Source: Macrostomum hystrix (taxonomy: Eukaryota > Animalia > Platyhelminthes). Taken from it: DNA of 64,000 nucleotides. Made by a program: the position numbers and the translations under genes. Location of the stretch: contig CATNEN010000029.1 of the NCBI GenBank assembly GCA_950097015.1, forward strand, positions 4,650,001 through 4,714,000, in the 5' to 3' direction. Numbering within the stretch: position 1 is the stretch's first letter; every line of letters starts with the position of its first letter. The notes under the pieces were generated by a model. It saw only the letters and a list, made by a program, of their open reading frames with translations. It did not search any database and was not told the origin of the DNA. Below are positions 12,201 through 20,763 of the stretch, piece after piece.

Positions 12201-15200
12201 GCCCACTTTTCTTGATTCTTGTATTTGTAGATCGACTATCCCGAATATTTTGCCTTCGACGTTTCGGACGAAGTTGTTATCTTCCCAACAAGGGAGGCGT
12301 GCGACACCCACAACCTGTGAGAAGGACTTTTCGCACATGAATTTTACAGTCAGTCAATGCCAGCTGACAGAGTCAGTCAATGTCAGCTGACAGAGTCAGT
12401 CAATGTCAGCTGACAGAGTCAGTCAATCTCAGCTGACAGAGTCAGTCAATGCCAGCTAACACAGTCAGTCAATGCCAGCTGACAGAGTCAGTCAATGCCA
12501 GCTGGCAGAGTCAGTCAATGACAGCTGACAGAGTCAGTCAATGTCAGCTGGCAGAGTCAGTCAATGTCAGCTGACACAGTCTATCAATGCCAGCTGACAC
12601 AGTCAGTCAATGTCAGCTGACACAGTCTATCAATGCCAGCTGACACAGTCAGTCAATGTCAGCTGACACAGTCTATCAATGCCAGCTGACACAGTCAGTC
12701 AATGTCAGCTGACACAGTCTATCAATGCCAGCTGACACAGTCAGTCAATGTCAGCTGACACAGTCTATCAATGCCAGCTGACACAGTCAGTCAATGTCAG
12801 CTGACACAGTCTATCAATGCCAGCTGACACAGTCAGTCAATGTCAGCTGACACAGTCTATCAATGTCAGCTGACACAGTCTATCAATGCCAGCTGACACA
12901 GTCTATCAATGCCAGCTGACACAGTCAGTCAATGTCAGCTGACACAGTCAGTCAATGTCAGCTGACACAGTCTATCAATGCCAGCTGACACAGTCAGTCA
13001 ATGTCAGCTGACACAGTCTATCAATGCCAGCTGACACAGTCAGTCATTGCTGCCGATTCCCGCCGCTCAACCGCAGCCGCTCGGCGCAGTTCAACACCTT
13101 TGACGCCACCCAGTCCGTGGCCCGGCGCAGCCTGCTAGGCCCGTACGAGCTGGACGCTGGCACTGGGGCGCCGCTGAACCCAGCGGGTCGGACCGGTCTG
13201 CGGGAGCGGGGCCTGCTGCCCCGGTGGGGCCCCAACCACGCTCTGGTGCTGGCTCTGACTCGCTGGCAGCGAAGTCTGCCTGGCCAGGGCTCGGTTGTTC
13301 GCCGACTTGGCAGGCCGATACTGCAGGTGGCAGCTCTGCTCAGGCACAAACAGTTCTGCCTGCCCTGGGTGAGAGCCATATTGGGTCAAACTTTCATCCT
13401 AGTCATAGGATTGGATCATGCAGTCATACAGATTTATAGTTATTAAATTGGTCATCATCCTACCCATTGAAAAATATGCTACCATCTCAATTATACCCCC
13501 TCGATAAATAATGCAACTCATTCGAGAATGCACTCAAACCCTTCGATAAACAATGATACCCCCTCGACAATTTATGCAAGCCAGTTGACAAATCATGCTA
13601 CCCCCTTGATAATTCATACTTTCCCCACGATAATTCATGCTAAATCAGCGATATTTCATGCTTTCCGCTCGACAATCTATGCTTCCATCTCGATAATTCA
13701 TGCTTAACCTTCGATAAGTCATGATTCCCCACGATTTTCCATCGATAACTTATGCCATTCCGTTGATAATTCATGCTTCTAAGTCGATAGTTCACGCTAC
13801 CCCTTCGATAAATCATGCTACCCTCTTTCATAAATCATTTTATCGTTTCGAAAAAATTGCTATACCCTTAAAGTATTATGTTAAGCCCTGGAAATCTCAT
13901 TCTTTCTCCTGGAAATAGCATGCCATCTTTTCAAGACATTAAGATATTCCCTAGATATCTAACGCTTTTCCTAAAAAATAACTTGCAGTTTACTTGATAT
14001 CTCATGCTACTATGCGAACTAAGCGAAAAAACGCTAGGAAGCAAGTATTTTCTCAAACAATCATTGGAACAATGCCCGTCACACATTTCTTTAGTTTTGA
14101 AATAAAAAGCGGTAACAGCTAGGTGTGCTCGAACAGTCTTGTCAATAACGCTTTTAGCTATGCCCAACATATTTTCTTCTAGTTTCTGAATCTGATAAAG
14201 CTTGCAATTATGCTAAAAAAATATTTCCTTAGCCTTGGTATCGAAAAACACATGCTGCTACACGCGAAAAAACTTTTTTCTTTTCTTACCAAATATACCC
14301 TCTAGCAATCTGCCTACAAGCTAACAATGCAATATTAACAGTAGGACTACCAAGCCATTTTGCCGCCCGTTTTTATACCAAGGGGGGGATTTTTTGGCAG
14401 CGCCTGAAAGCTAACCGCGTAGGGTGGTGACTGATTGGTTGACAGACTAGGCGATGGTGTACTGTAGTTGCGCCTAATATTTAGGCTTCAGCAGTGAAAT
14501 TTTAGAAATTCGCGTCAGGGTGTCCAGAGTGGCCTATTTCCACATTTTTTGCATTTGAAGGTCCCGCAGTCCGTCTAGATAAAGGTAGGTGACCACCATA
14601 AACGGAGATGATGCAGGCACATTCGGGTGACATGCTGATAAAGTTTGAAGGTCTGGAAAGGCCGCACTGAGGCGCAGTGCTAATTCGTGTATAGGGGTGT
14701 ATGAAATACACTTAGCTCTTATGGGAAAAATCAGACCTTCGGCCAGAAACATTGAATATCTCGACGGTCTGAAGAGCTGGCGACTTGATTCTTGCTTCAG
14801 AAGATGCGCAACAAAAATTTGGCCCGTGTTCTTGAGTTTCGTGTGCTTGCATTGTTCCGTTCGGGTGCAGCAGAAAAAATGGTCAGGGGGGGATTTCCCC
14901 CCTTGGTAGTTCTACGTTAAACTGAACTAAAACAGCTAAACTTTAGTTGAGTTTAAAGTCTGGAATTCGCTATCAATGTCCTTTTTTTCACAGATAAATT
15001 AAATTTGTTATCAAACTAACTAAAAAATGACTCATTTTCAATTTTTACTTTGGACTGTTCAAAGTCTGCTTAACAGTTTAGTTAGGAATTTCGAAGGACG
15101 ATGGAGGAGAGAGAGAGAGCGACGGAGAAAAAGAGAAATGAGATTGAGGATTAAAAGAAAGGGAAAAAACAACACAACTTTTGAAGGACGCGTGCAGCAG

Positions 15201-17983
15201 CAGCAGCAGCCTGAATTCTGCCACCCTAAACCAGGCACAGAAATTCGAGCTTTGATCCCCATCCTCACCATGTCTCCAGCGCCCCCTGAGCTATTCCCAA
15301 AGCCCTGTTTGTCAGCAACAGCATCCAAGAGTTGGATCACAGTGCCAGCACAGGGTCACGCACGGAGACAAGTAGAGGCTGTGTTAGCCCGCCCACTGCC
15401 GCGTGCCAAGGGGTCGCTTTACTCAACAACCAGCTGCGCACTGTCGGGGCCTACGAGCGTATTTAGCTCAGCACGGGGTAGATTTTGTACTTGAAATGCG
15501 CTCTTAAATTATTTCTTTTGGGATAAGGGATGGGAGCATTTCTAAGAAACGCAATGAGATCTCAGAAATTCAGAGGACAATTTTTGTTAGTAACTGATCT
15601 ACAATACAATTTGGGTTCGGATTTCGCTATTCTCATGTAATGCTGCATTTAAATCAGAACCGGAAGCAGGATTTAGATTTGAATTCGGTGTGATTTCGGA
15701 TTTAGGATTGGAATTAAGATTAGAATTTATTTAATCCAGGATTGGTCTGGGATTGGGATTAATCTGGGATTGGGATTTGTTTGAGATTGGGATTGGTTTG
15801 GGATTGGTTTGGGATTGGTTTAGGATTGGTTTGGGATTGGGATTGGTTTTGGTTTGGGATTGGTCTGGGATTGTGACTGGTTTGGGATCGGGATTAGTTT
15901 GGGATTGGGACTAGTTTGGGATCGGGATTTTGATTGAGAATGGGATCGGGATTTATATTCAAATAGGGTGCTTGGTGTTAATTTAGGATTGGGATTGGAA
16001 TCGGGATTGGGATTGGAATCGGGATTGTGATTGGAATCGGGATTGGGATTGGAATCGGGATTGGGATTGGAATCGGGATTGGGATTGGAATCGGGATTGG
16101 GATTGGAATCGGGATTGGGATTGGAATCGGGATTGGGATTGGAATCGGGATTGGGATTGGAATCGGGATTGGGATTGGAATCGGGATTGGGATTGGAATC
16201 GGGATTGGGATTGGAATCGGGATTGGGATTGGAATCGGGATTGGGACGGGATTCAGTTTTGATACTAAATGGGATTGGGATCAAGATTGATTCCAGTTTA
16301 GTAATTATTAAGAAATTGTATTGTGATTGTATAATATCTTGTCGATGTCGAATGCAAGGATATATTTCATATTCCTGTATATTTCATATTTTTACAGTTT
16401 CTGACGGATCATCAACCAGGATGCGACTATCTGAAATGTTCCGTAGATGTGGCTCGCAGTTTCGTAATTAGCAGATTGCAGCAGCAGCAGACGCAACCTC
16501 CAAGCGGGTCGAAAATCGGCTTGAAAAACGAATTGATAGCACTGCAAAAAGCTGATGTTAGGCCGGTAAAAAACTGTGGAACTGAAAGAGCAAACTCACA
16601 GGGTAAAGTGGCGGAGTGAAATGGGTGTTGGAGTGAGGTAGGTGTTGGAGTAAGGTAGGTGTTGGATTAAGGTAGGTGTTGGATTAAGGTAGGTGTTGGA
16701 GTGAAAGAGCTGCTGGAGTGAGTAGAGTGTTAAAGTGAAATGAGGCTTGTAGTTAAATGAATGTTGGAGTGAGGTGGGTGTTAGAGTGGGTGTTGGAGTG
16801 AGGTGGGTGTTGGAGTGAGGTGGGTGTTGTAGTGAGGTGGGTGTTGGAGTGAGGTGGGTGTTGTAGTAAGATAGGTGTTGGAGTGAGATGGGTGTTGTAT
16901 TGAGGTGGGTGTTGGAGTGAGGTGGGTATTAGAATGGGTGTTGGAGTGAGGTGTTGGAGTGAGATGGGTGTTGTATTGAGGTGGGTGTTGGAGTGAGGTG
17001 TTGGAGTGAGATGGGTGTTGTATTGAGGTGGGTGTTGGAGTGAGGTGGGTGTTGGAGTGAGGTGGGTGTTGTAGTAAGATAGGTGTTGGAGTGAGATGGG
17101 TGTTGTATTGAGGTGGGTGTTGGAGTGAGGTGGGTATTAGAATGGGTGTTGGAGTGAGGTGTTGGAGTGAGATGGGTGTTGTATTGAGGTGGGTGTTGGA
17201 GTGAGGTGGTATTAGAATGGGTGTTGGAGTGAGGTGGGTATTAGAATGGGTGTTGGAGTGAGGTGGGTATTAGAATGGGTGTTGGAGTGAGGTGTTGGAG
17301 TGAGATGGGTGTTGTATTGAGGTGGGTGTTGGAGTGAGGTGTTGGAGTGAGATGGGTGTTGTATTGAGGTGGGTGTTGGAGTGAGGTGTTGGAGTGAGAT
17401 GGGTGTTGTATTGAGGTGGGTGTTGGAGTGAGGTGGGTATTAGAATGGGTGTTGGAGTGAGGTGTTGGAGTGAGATGGGTGTTGTATTGAGGTGGGTGTT
17501 GGAGTGAGGTGGGTGTTCTAGTGAGGTGGGTGTTGGAGTGAGGTGGTTGTACGTCTCAGGTTGGTGCTGTTTGCCTCGATTGCCACTTCGAGTGCTGGAA
17601 TGCAATTCGAGCAGGAAATCTTCTGTGTGTTGGCTGTTACCTCTTTTTCTTACAGACTTTTGCGGGTTACCTTGACGACCACCTCAACGCCGACAATGCC
17701 TGGATAGAAGCTGTGGTTGTTAATATTCACGAGTCTGACAATTTCAGATTTAGCGACGACATGCTATTGGTAAGAATGGAAATATAAGAATGCTAATATT
17801 GGCTCTCAGCATTCAATAAATGTGGGAATAATTGAGCGGAAACCCCGCCAAACGCAGGCATTCGCCGAGTCCGACTGTGAGGAGCAGGCCCGCTGGCTGG
17901 AGGTGGCCCAGACGAGCGCGCTGCGATCCAGCCACTGCGATCCATTGAATAGTGTTGCCACTGTGCGCGAGGCGTACTTCTGA
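148..17983 (+). CDS. TRPM: TRPM-family cation channel with C-terminal NUDT9-homology domain (TRPM2/TRPM_PZQ-like), 5'-partial, 19 exons in window
   Basis: Phase-consistent GT-AG exons: 148-297, 1311-1367, 1891-2038, 2113-2283, 2448-2501, ~3916-4053, 4865-4974, 5694-5976, 6323-~6530, 6810-6909, 6996-7124, 8791-9304, 9960-10699, 11271-11651, 12231-12316, 13077-13368, 16398-16565, 17656-17769, 17858-17983 (TGA). Motifs: [17 protein letters not shown] and RELMIWALL (MHR), FYMAPVIRF (pre-S1), WNKLD (S3), [11 protein letters not shown] (S4-S5), FNLLIAMF (S6), WNYQRY (TRP box), [21 protein letters not shown] and [15 protein letters not shown] (NUDT9H). Confidence 0.95.
344..1222. repeat. 44-bp minisatellite, ~20 copies (TRPM intron)
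   Basis: Unit CTGTTAGACATGTTAGAATGCACTGAACAGGTCAGAACTCACAC. Confidence 0.97.
1311..1367 (+). CDS. TRPM: TRPM exon ([19 protein letters not shown])
   Basis: ttccag acceptor, gtaggt donor, phase 0-0. Confidence 0.75.
1891..2038 (+). CDS. TRPM: TRPM exon ([26 protein letters not shown]...)
   Basis: ggcag acceptor; matches the TRPM L..vg.vi..L.G.fy.plY motif; phase-1 donor gtcggt. Confidence 0.8.
2113..2283 (+). CDS. TRPM: TRPM exon, low-complexity linker ([19 protein letters not shown]...DAAAA)
   Basis: ccacag acceptor, gtaacg donor, open in the phase 1-1 frame required by its neighbours. Confidence 0.6.
2448..2501 (+). CDS. TRPM: TRPM small exon ([18 protein letters not shown])
   Basis: Strong pyrimidine tract plus tttacag, gtgagc donor, phase 1-1. 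Confidence 0.65.
2850..3230 (-). mobile_element. Unclassified interspersed repeat (second copy at ~33170-33500, +)
   Basis: Reverse complement shares GCTCCCAAACCGAATGACCGATTTTCGT, ACTTTC.AAGCCGTCCGACGTCAGC and CTGGTGACAAGGA, in the same order, with GPCR intron 2. Confidence 0.7.
3916..4053 (+). CDS. TRPM: TRPM linker exon, boundaries uncertain ([29 protein letters not shown]...)
   Basis: Tandem acceptors gtacag/tcag; several phase-compatible donors (exon ends at 4001, 4017, 4053); GC-rich coding-like island. Confidence 0.5.
4087..4620. repeat. 30-bp minisatellite, ~17 copies
   Basis: Unit AGTCAGGGGAGCTTCAGTCAGGTCAGAAAA. Confidence 0.95.
4865..4974 (+). CDS. TRPM: TRPM exon (MHR4: [30 protein letters not shown])
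   Basis: ctcgcag acceptor; matches the TRPM F..P..eL.iWA.L...MA..fW motif. Confidence 0.9.
5015..5650. repeat. 20-bp minisatellite, ~31 copies
   Basis: Unit AGAGATGTAGGGATGCACTT with variants. Confidence 0.95.
5694..5976 (+). CDS. TRPM: TRPM exon ([10 protein letters not shown]...[11 protein letters not shown])
   Basis: ccctag acceptor; MHR4 motifs AL.A, FE..A.gvLd.CY, F.aH..CQ. Confidence 0.92.
6029..6220. repeat. 16-bp minisatellite, ~12 copies
   Basis: Unit GAAGACTGGGATCATT. Confidence 0.95.
6323..6530 (+). CDS. TRPM: TRPM exon (pre-S1: AWLGKL...CPPLV)
   Basis: ccacag acceptor in phase 1; W.G motif followed by a hydrophobic elbow; phase-2 donor at 6531 (alternative at 6516). Confidence 0.8.
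6810..6909 (+). CDS. TRPM: TRPM exon ([15 protein letters not shown])
   Basis: gaaacag acceptor; FY.AP..kF motif; gtatta donor. Confidence 0.9.
6996..7124 (+). CDS. TRPM: TRPM exon (S1-S2)
   Basis: [15 protein letters not shown]...[12 protein letters not shown]; ttcag acceptor and gtgatt donor. Confidence 0.92.
7175..7838. repeat. 23-bp minisatellite with an 11/12-bp TTTCAC subunit; degenerate continuation at 8570-8740
   Basis: Unit AATTTCACGAAGGTTTCACATCG. Confidence 0.93.
7850..8540 (-). pseudogene. Degenerate Gypsy-type integrase fragment
   Basis: Minus strand, with stops and frameshifts, gives MLADMHAGH (zinc-binding), MDITGP (first catalytic Asp context) and HPQG (HPQxNG-like) in the expected order. 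Confidence 0.5.
8791..9304 (+). CDS. TRPM: TRPM exon (S3-S5 and pore helix)
   Basis: [36 protein letters not shown]; ctccag acceptor and gttagt donor. Confidence 0.93.
9370..9525 (+). mobile_element. Degenerate tRNA-like SINE head (family B-related)
   Basis: GGTAGCCCAGTGTGG A-box-like and GTTCGAATC B-box-like motifs, plus the CATCAGCTGGGG shared with family B. Confidence 0.5.
9575..9850 (-). mobile_element. tRNA-derived SINE family B copy
   Basis: Minus strand has a GGTTCGATTC B-box, then CACCCAGCTGTTAAATGGGTACC, CAGTCCATGGACTG and an AT-rich tail; near-matching copies elsewhere in the window. Confidence 0.85.
9960..10699 (+). CDS. TRPM: TRPM exon (S6, TRP helix, coiled coil)
   Basis: [38 protein letters not shown]; acacag acceptor and gtgatc donor. 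Confidence 0.93.
10790..10960 (+). mobile_element. tRNA-derived SINE family A, 3'-truncated copy
   Basis: TGGCAGAGCGGTTAACGCG...CTCGATTCC...TTTACGCCCTTGAGG, matching the copies at 18634-19000 and 30991-31345. Confidence 0.85.
11271..11651 (+). CDS. TRPM: TRPM exon (Ala/Pro linker and start of NUDT9H)
   Basis: tcttcag acceptor and gtgagt donor; [17 protein letters not shown] matches the NUDT9 YP..R.pVP..v.W motif. Confidence 0.85.
11838..12075 (+). mobile_element. SINE family B copy (internal deletion)
   Basis: AGTGGTTAGGGCG A-box, GGTTCGATTCC B-box, family tail GATGCGCCGCGCAATAGCT.CGGCTGTGCTG. Confidence 0.85.
12231..12316 (+). CDS. TRPM: TRPM exon ([10 protein letters not shown]...)
   Basis: tttgtag acceptor, gtgaga donor, phase 0-2 consistent with the next exon. 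Confidence 0.75.
12345..13045. repeat. 23-bp minisatellite, ~30 copies
   Basis: Unit GACACAGTCAGTCAATGTCAGCT; ends ~30 bp before the 13077 acceptor. Confidence 0.96.
13077..13368 (+). CDS. TRPM: TRPM exon (NUDT9H core)
   Basis: QFNTFD...RRSLLGPY...[24 protein letters not shown]; ccgcag acceptor and gtgaga donor. Confidence 0.93.
13480..13830. repeat. Degenerate ~22-bp tandem repeat
   Basis: Recurring CCCTTCGATAA(A/T)TCATGCTA-like units. Confidence 0.6.
14339..14916. mobile_element. Non-autonomous DNA transposon (MITE) flanked by TTAA; partial second copy at ~19105-19415
   Basis: Left end ttaa|CAGTAGGACTACCAAG, right end CTTGGTAGTTCTAC(-)G|ttaa; ~300 bp of the right part is repeated at 19105-19415, ending TTGGTAGTTCTACTG. 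Confidence 0.75.
15745..16245. repeat. GGGATT-based repeat, with an 18-bp unit over 15985-16245
   Basis: (GGAATCGGGATTGGGATT)n preceded by degenerate GGGATTGGTTT units. Confidence 0.95.
16398..16565 (+). CDS. TRPM: TRPM exon (region of the Nudix box, degenerate)
   Basis: tttacag acceptor, 56 open codons, gtaaaa donor, phase 0-0 between two confident NUDT9H exons. Confidence 0.7.
16615..17545. repeat. G/T-rich 17-bp minisatellite
   Basis: Unit GAGGTGGGTGTTGGAGT with variant units. Confidence 0.95.
17656..17769 (+). CDS. TRPM: TRPM exon ([23 protein letters not shown])
   Basis: Matches the NUDT9 GY.DD.RNTDNAW.E motif; ttacag acceptor and gtaaga donor. Confidence 0.93.
17858..17983 (+). CDS. 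TRPM: TRPM terminal exon (...ARWLEV...LRSSH...EAYF*)
   Basis: acgcag acceptor; matches the NUDT9 C-terminal W..v....L.aSH...A.w* pattern; TGA at 17981-17983. Confidence 0.88.
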   Translation, partial: AFAESDCEEQARWLEVAQTSALRSSHCDPLNSVATVREAYF

Positions 17984-18057
17984 AGTGGTTGCCGTGGGGT
18001 TTGGGATCATGTCCTAGCCGATATGTATCGAAAAAGAAAAGAGGTAGAAAATTAATG

Positions 18058-18190
18058 TCCGCAGCTATTGCGTGGCGCATCCTAAGGCTGCTTAAAGCTG
18101 TTCAGTCCGTGGACTGGGGAGCCGCCACGCACAACTAGATTTCTTCCCCAGCTAAGATTCCACTAGATTGAGATTCGAACTCCCGACGGC
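18058..18190 (-). mobile_element. SINE family B fragment
   Basis: GCAGCTATTGCG.GGCGCATC...GCTGTTCAGTCC.TGGACTG and TTCGAACTCCCGAC. Confidence 0.7.
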
Positions 18191-18633
18191 TCTGGCTCTT
18201 GCGCTATCTGTGTGATCTTAGATCGGCAAAAACACTGTTGTAGACTTTTTCTAATTGTTATTTCGTTTCTTTGAAAGTTTAAGAATGCCCGCTTCATGCC
18301 CCATCTGAATGAATACCTTTGAGCTTAGATTAATAATAAATGTGAAGTAAAGACATTTCTACTCACTGCATGCGCTTCGAGTTTGGCTGGATTTGACTAC
18401 TTTCAGCAATCTGAAGCCTGAGACAGCTCTTTGCCTTCACTGCTCAATTGCGTGACTCGGTTTGGCTTCTATTTGGTCTATTGCAGACAGCAATCTGTGG
18501 ACAAGAAGTCCAACCTATTCATTTGTAAACGAATATGTATTAGTAATCCATCCTCTTTCTTCATCGATTGAAATAGATTAGCAATCCATTCTGTTCTATC
18601 AACGGGATAGATTATTAATCTATGATATTCCTT

Positions 18634-19000
18634 AATAATAATAATAATAATTGCAGGAGGGCTGCGGGCAATGACACATCATTTGGTGACACTAGACCCA
18701 TAGCCAGCGAGGAGGCAATTCTGCCCATTTCGCTGACTCCTGAGCACACACGCACACAGATACCGTACGCAGGCACACGCTCACACAGGTGTGTACATCT
18801 GCCCTGACTTTCTCATCCTCAGGCAGTGTACATTTCACTGTGCCTTTGATGTTGGCCCTCAAGGGCGTAAATTGCACGACAAGCCCCCAAGCCTTCTCTA
18901 CGCGGCTGCGCCCCAAATGAATGTGGCCTCGCCGCGGAATCGAACTTAGGGACCTTGGTGCGAGAGGCAAACGCGATAACCGCTCTGCCACCGACCCCCC
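18634..19000 (-). mobile_element. Full-length tRNA-derived SINE family A with 13-bp TSD
   Basis: Minus strand has TGGCAGAGCGG (A-box), GTTCGATTCC (B-box) and an (ATT)n tail; direct repeat TATGATATTCCTT at 18621-18633 and 19001-19013. Confidence 0.92.
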
Positions 19001-19104
19001 TATGATATTCCTTTGTAAATGGAATATACGCTCGTATTAGCAATCCACTTTAGAATTTCATAAATTGAATAGATTAGGAACCCGTTCTATTTGTTTATCA
19101 TCGA

Positions 19105-19415
19105 CCACCGAAGACGGAGATGATGCGGGCACATTCGGGTGAAATCCTGATGCCTGGCAAGGCCGCACTGGGTGCAGTGTTAATTCGTGTATAGGGGTGT
19201 ATGAAATGCACTAGCGCTTTTGCGGAAAATCCGACCTTTGGTCAGAACCATTGAATATTTTGACGGTCTGCAGAGCTGGCGACTTGATTCTTGTTTCAGA
19301 ACATGCGTAAAAAATTGGCCCTTGTCCTTGAGTTTTGTGTGCTTGCGTTGCTCTGTTCAGGTGCAGCAGAAAAAATTGTCATGGGGGAATATCCCCCCTG
19401 TTGGTAGTTCTACTG
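19105..19415. mobile_element. Truncated copy of the 14339-14916 MITE
   Basis: Colinear similarity, e.g. TAATTCGTGTATAGGGGTGTATGAAAT and GAGCTGGCGACTTGATTCTTG, plus one TIR. Confidence 0.8.
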
Positions 19416-20190
19416 TAATCAGGTGCACTTAACAATCACGCTTTTTCCTAACTCTCTTCCGCCTCCACCAGTGCATGTCGCTTAATATTCTTTATTAAAA
19501 TAAATCACGCACACCATTCGTGCTTCAGGGTCACGGGTTTTTATTGGCTGAAAAATGTCACGTGGGGAGTTTTCTGTGTTCTAAAAATAGCGCAAAGAGT
19601 GAAAAAATGGTTACCCATTTAGAAAGGTGTATTGTATTATTCTAATATTTTAAGTTAAGTTAGAGTTTTAAATTCAACTTTATATCTAAATCTTTCGTAC
19701 GTCTGTCACAGTGATATTTTTGTTCACAAAGTTTTGGCCGCATCAGTTAGTTGTTGGCAAAGTTCATTTTAAAAATAATCCGCTCCGATGAGCTCTTGGT
19801 GGAATTCAAACAAAGGCGACGAGTCGTTTGAGATGACAAGAAAACTCCATTTCCAGCTGTCTTCATCGCATAATGTCAGATTCTCGCCATATTCGCATCT
19901 GTTGAAATTCCTCACGGGCTTAGATAACTCACTGATTGCCCCGGGGTTCGGGATAAGCTTTACAGAAAAATGCGATTCTCGGAGACTGAGCAAATGCAGC
20001 TGCATCGGCGGATGAAGAGTAGAGACTGGTAACATTACAGCCCAACTCCTTGTGAATCCCAATCTTCTATACTTTTTATCTGCAAGTGGCTAGTTTGGCG
20101 ACGAGGACGAAGTAAGCATTGTAAAATACTCGTATTTGGCAACTTTAAAGGCTTCTGAGTGTAAATAAGCAAAGCACGATATTAAAAAGT

Positions 20191-20388
20191 CGGCTGGCAG
20201 TTGCTGGCTGGCAGTTGCTGGCTGGCAGTTGCTGGCTGGCAGTTGCTGGCTGGCAGTTGCTGGCTGGCATTTGCTGGCTGGCAGTTGTAGGCTGGCAGTT
20301 GCTGGCTGGCAGTTGTAGGCTGGCAGTTGCTGGCTGGCAGTTGTAGGCTGGCAGTTGCTGGCTGGCAGTTGCTGGCTGGCAGTTGCTG
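20191..20388. repeat. 14-bp minisatellite
   Basis: Unit GGCAGTTGCTGGCT. Confidence 0.95.
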
Positions 20389-20649
20389 GCTTGAATCAAC
20401 GAATATGTGTAACTTTCTGTTCTGCACGTCAATAGATCGGCTTGCATAGTTGTTTTATTTAAGTACTATAATCAGTTCTAGAATTCATGGTTAAAAACCT
20501 ATTGATCTGCTTTTTAATCTTCATGAGTTCCACATGCCACAAGCATTTGTTAGTTTAATTGATTCAATGTTATTGATGAGAATGGGGATTGTAGATAGTT
20601 GCCGAAATCAGAAGCGCTCATCGGCGCATTGCCAATTCCATTTCTAAAT

Positions 20650-20655
20650 TTTATT
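20650..20655 (-). terminator. Polyadenylation signal (AATAAA) for the peptide-precursor gene
   Basis: tttatt on the + strand, ~110 nt downstream of the TGA. Confidence 0.55.
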
Positions 20656-20763
20656 TTTCAAAGCAATTTGAATAGTCCAACATTTCAATTGCAAACACAA
20701 CGGGTCGATAGGGGCAACATCGCTAAGTGTCTGCCATGGGGTAGAGCATTGGGACAGGCGACC

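Noticed and set aside
13931-14170. [18 protein letters not shown], weakly like the Gypsy RT KC.F..V.YLG motif
   Set aside because: It is a single short motif with no other RT motifs nearby.
15027-15494. 155-codon ORF in the TRPM intron between the Nudix half-exons
   Set aside because: No ATG start, low-complexity GA/CAG runs, no recognisable motif, and no convincing phase-0 acceptor/donor pair.
15820-16471. (NPDSNP)n, (GI)n and (GLESGL)n ORFs; telomere-like look
   Set aside because: These are repeat translations inside a TRPM intron. The unit is GGGATT/GGAATC, not TTAGGG, so it is not called an interstitial telomere.
18692-18991. Similar short ORFs at 18692-18991, 30809-31287 and 10881-11132 suggesting a paralogous gene family
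   Set aside because: They are reading frames through SINE family A copies.
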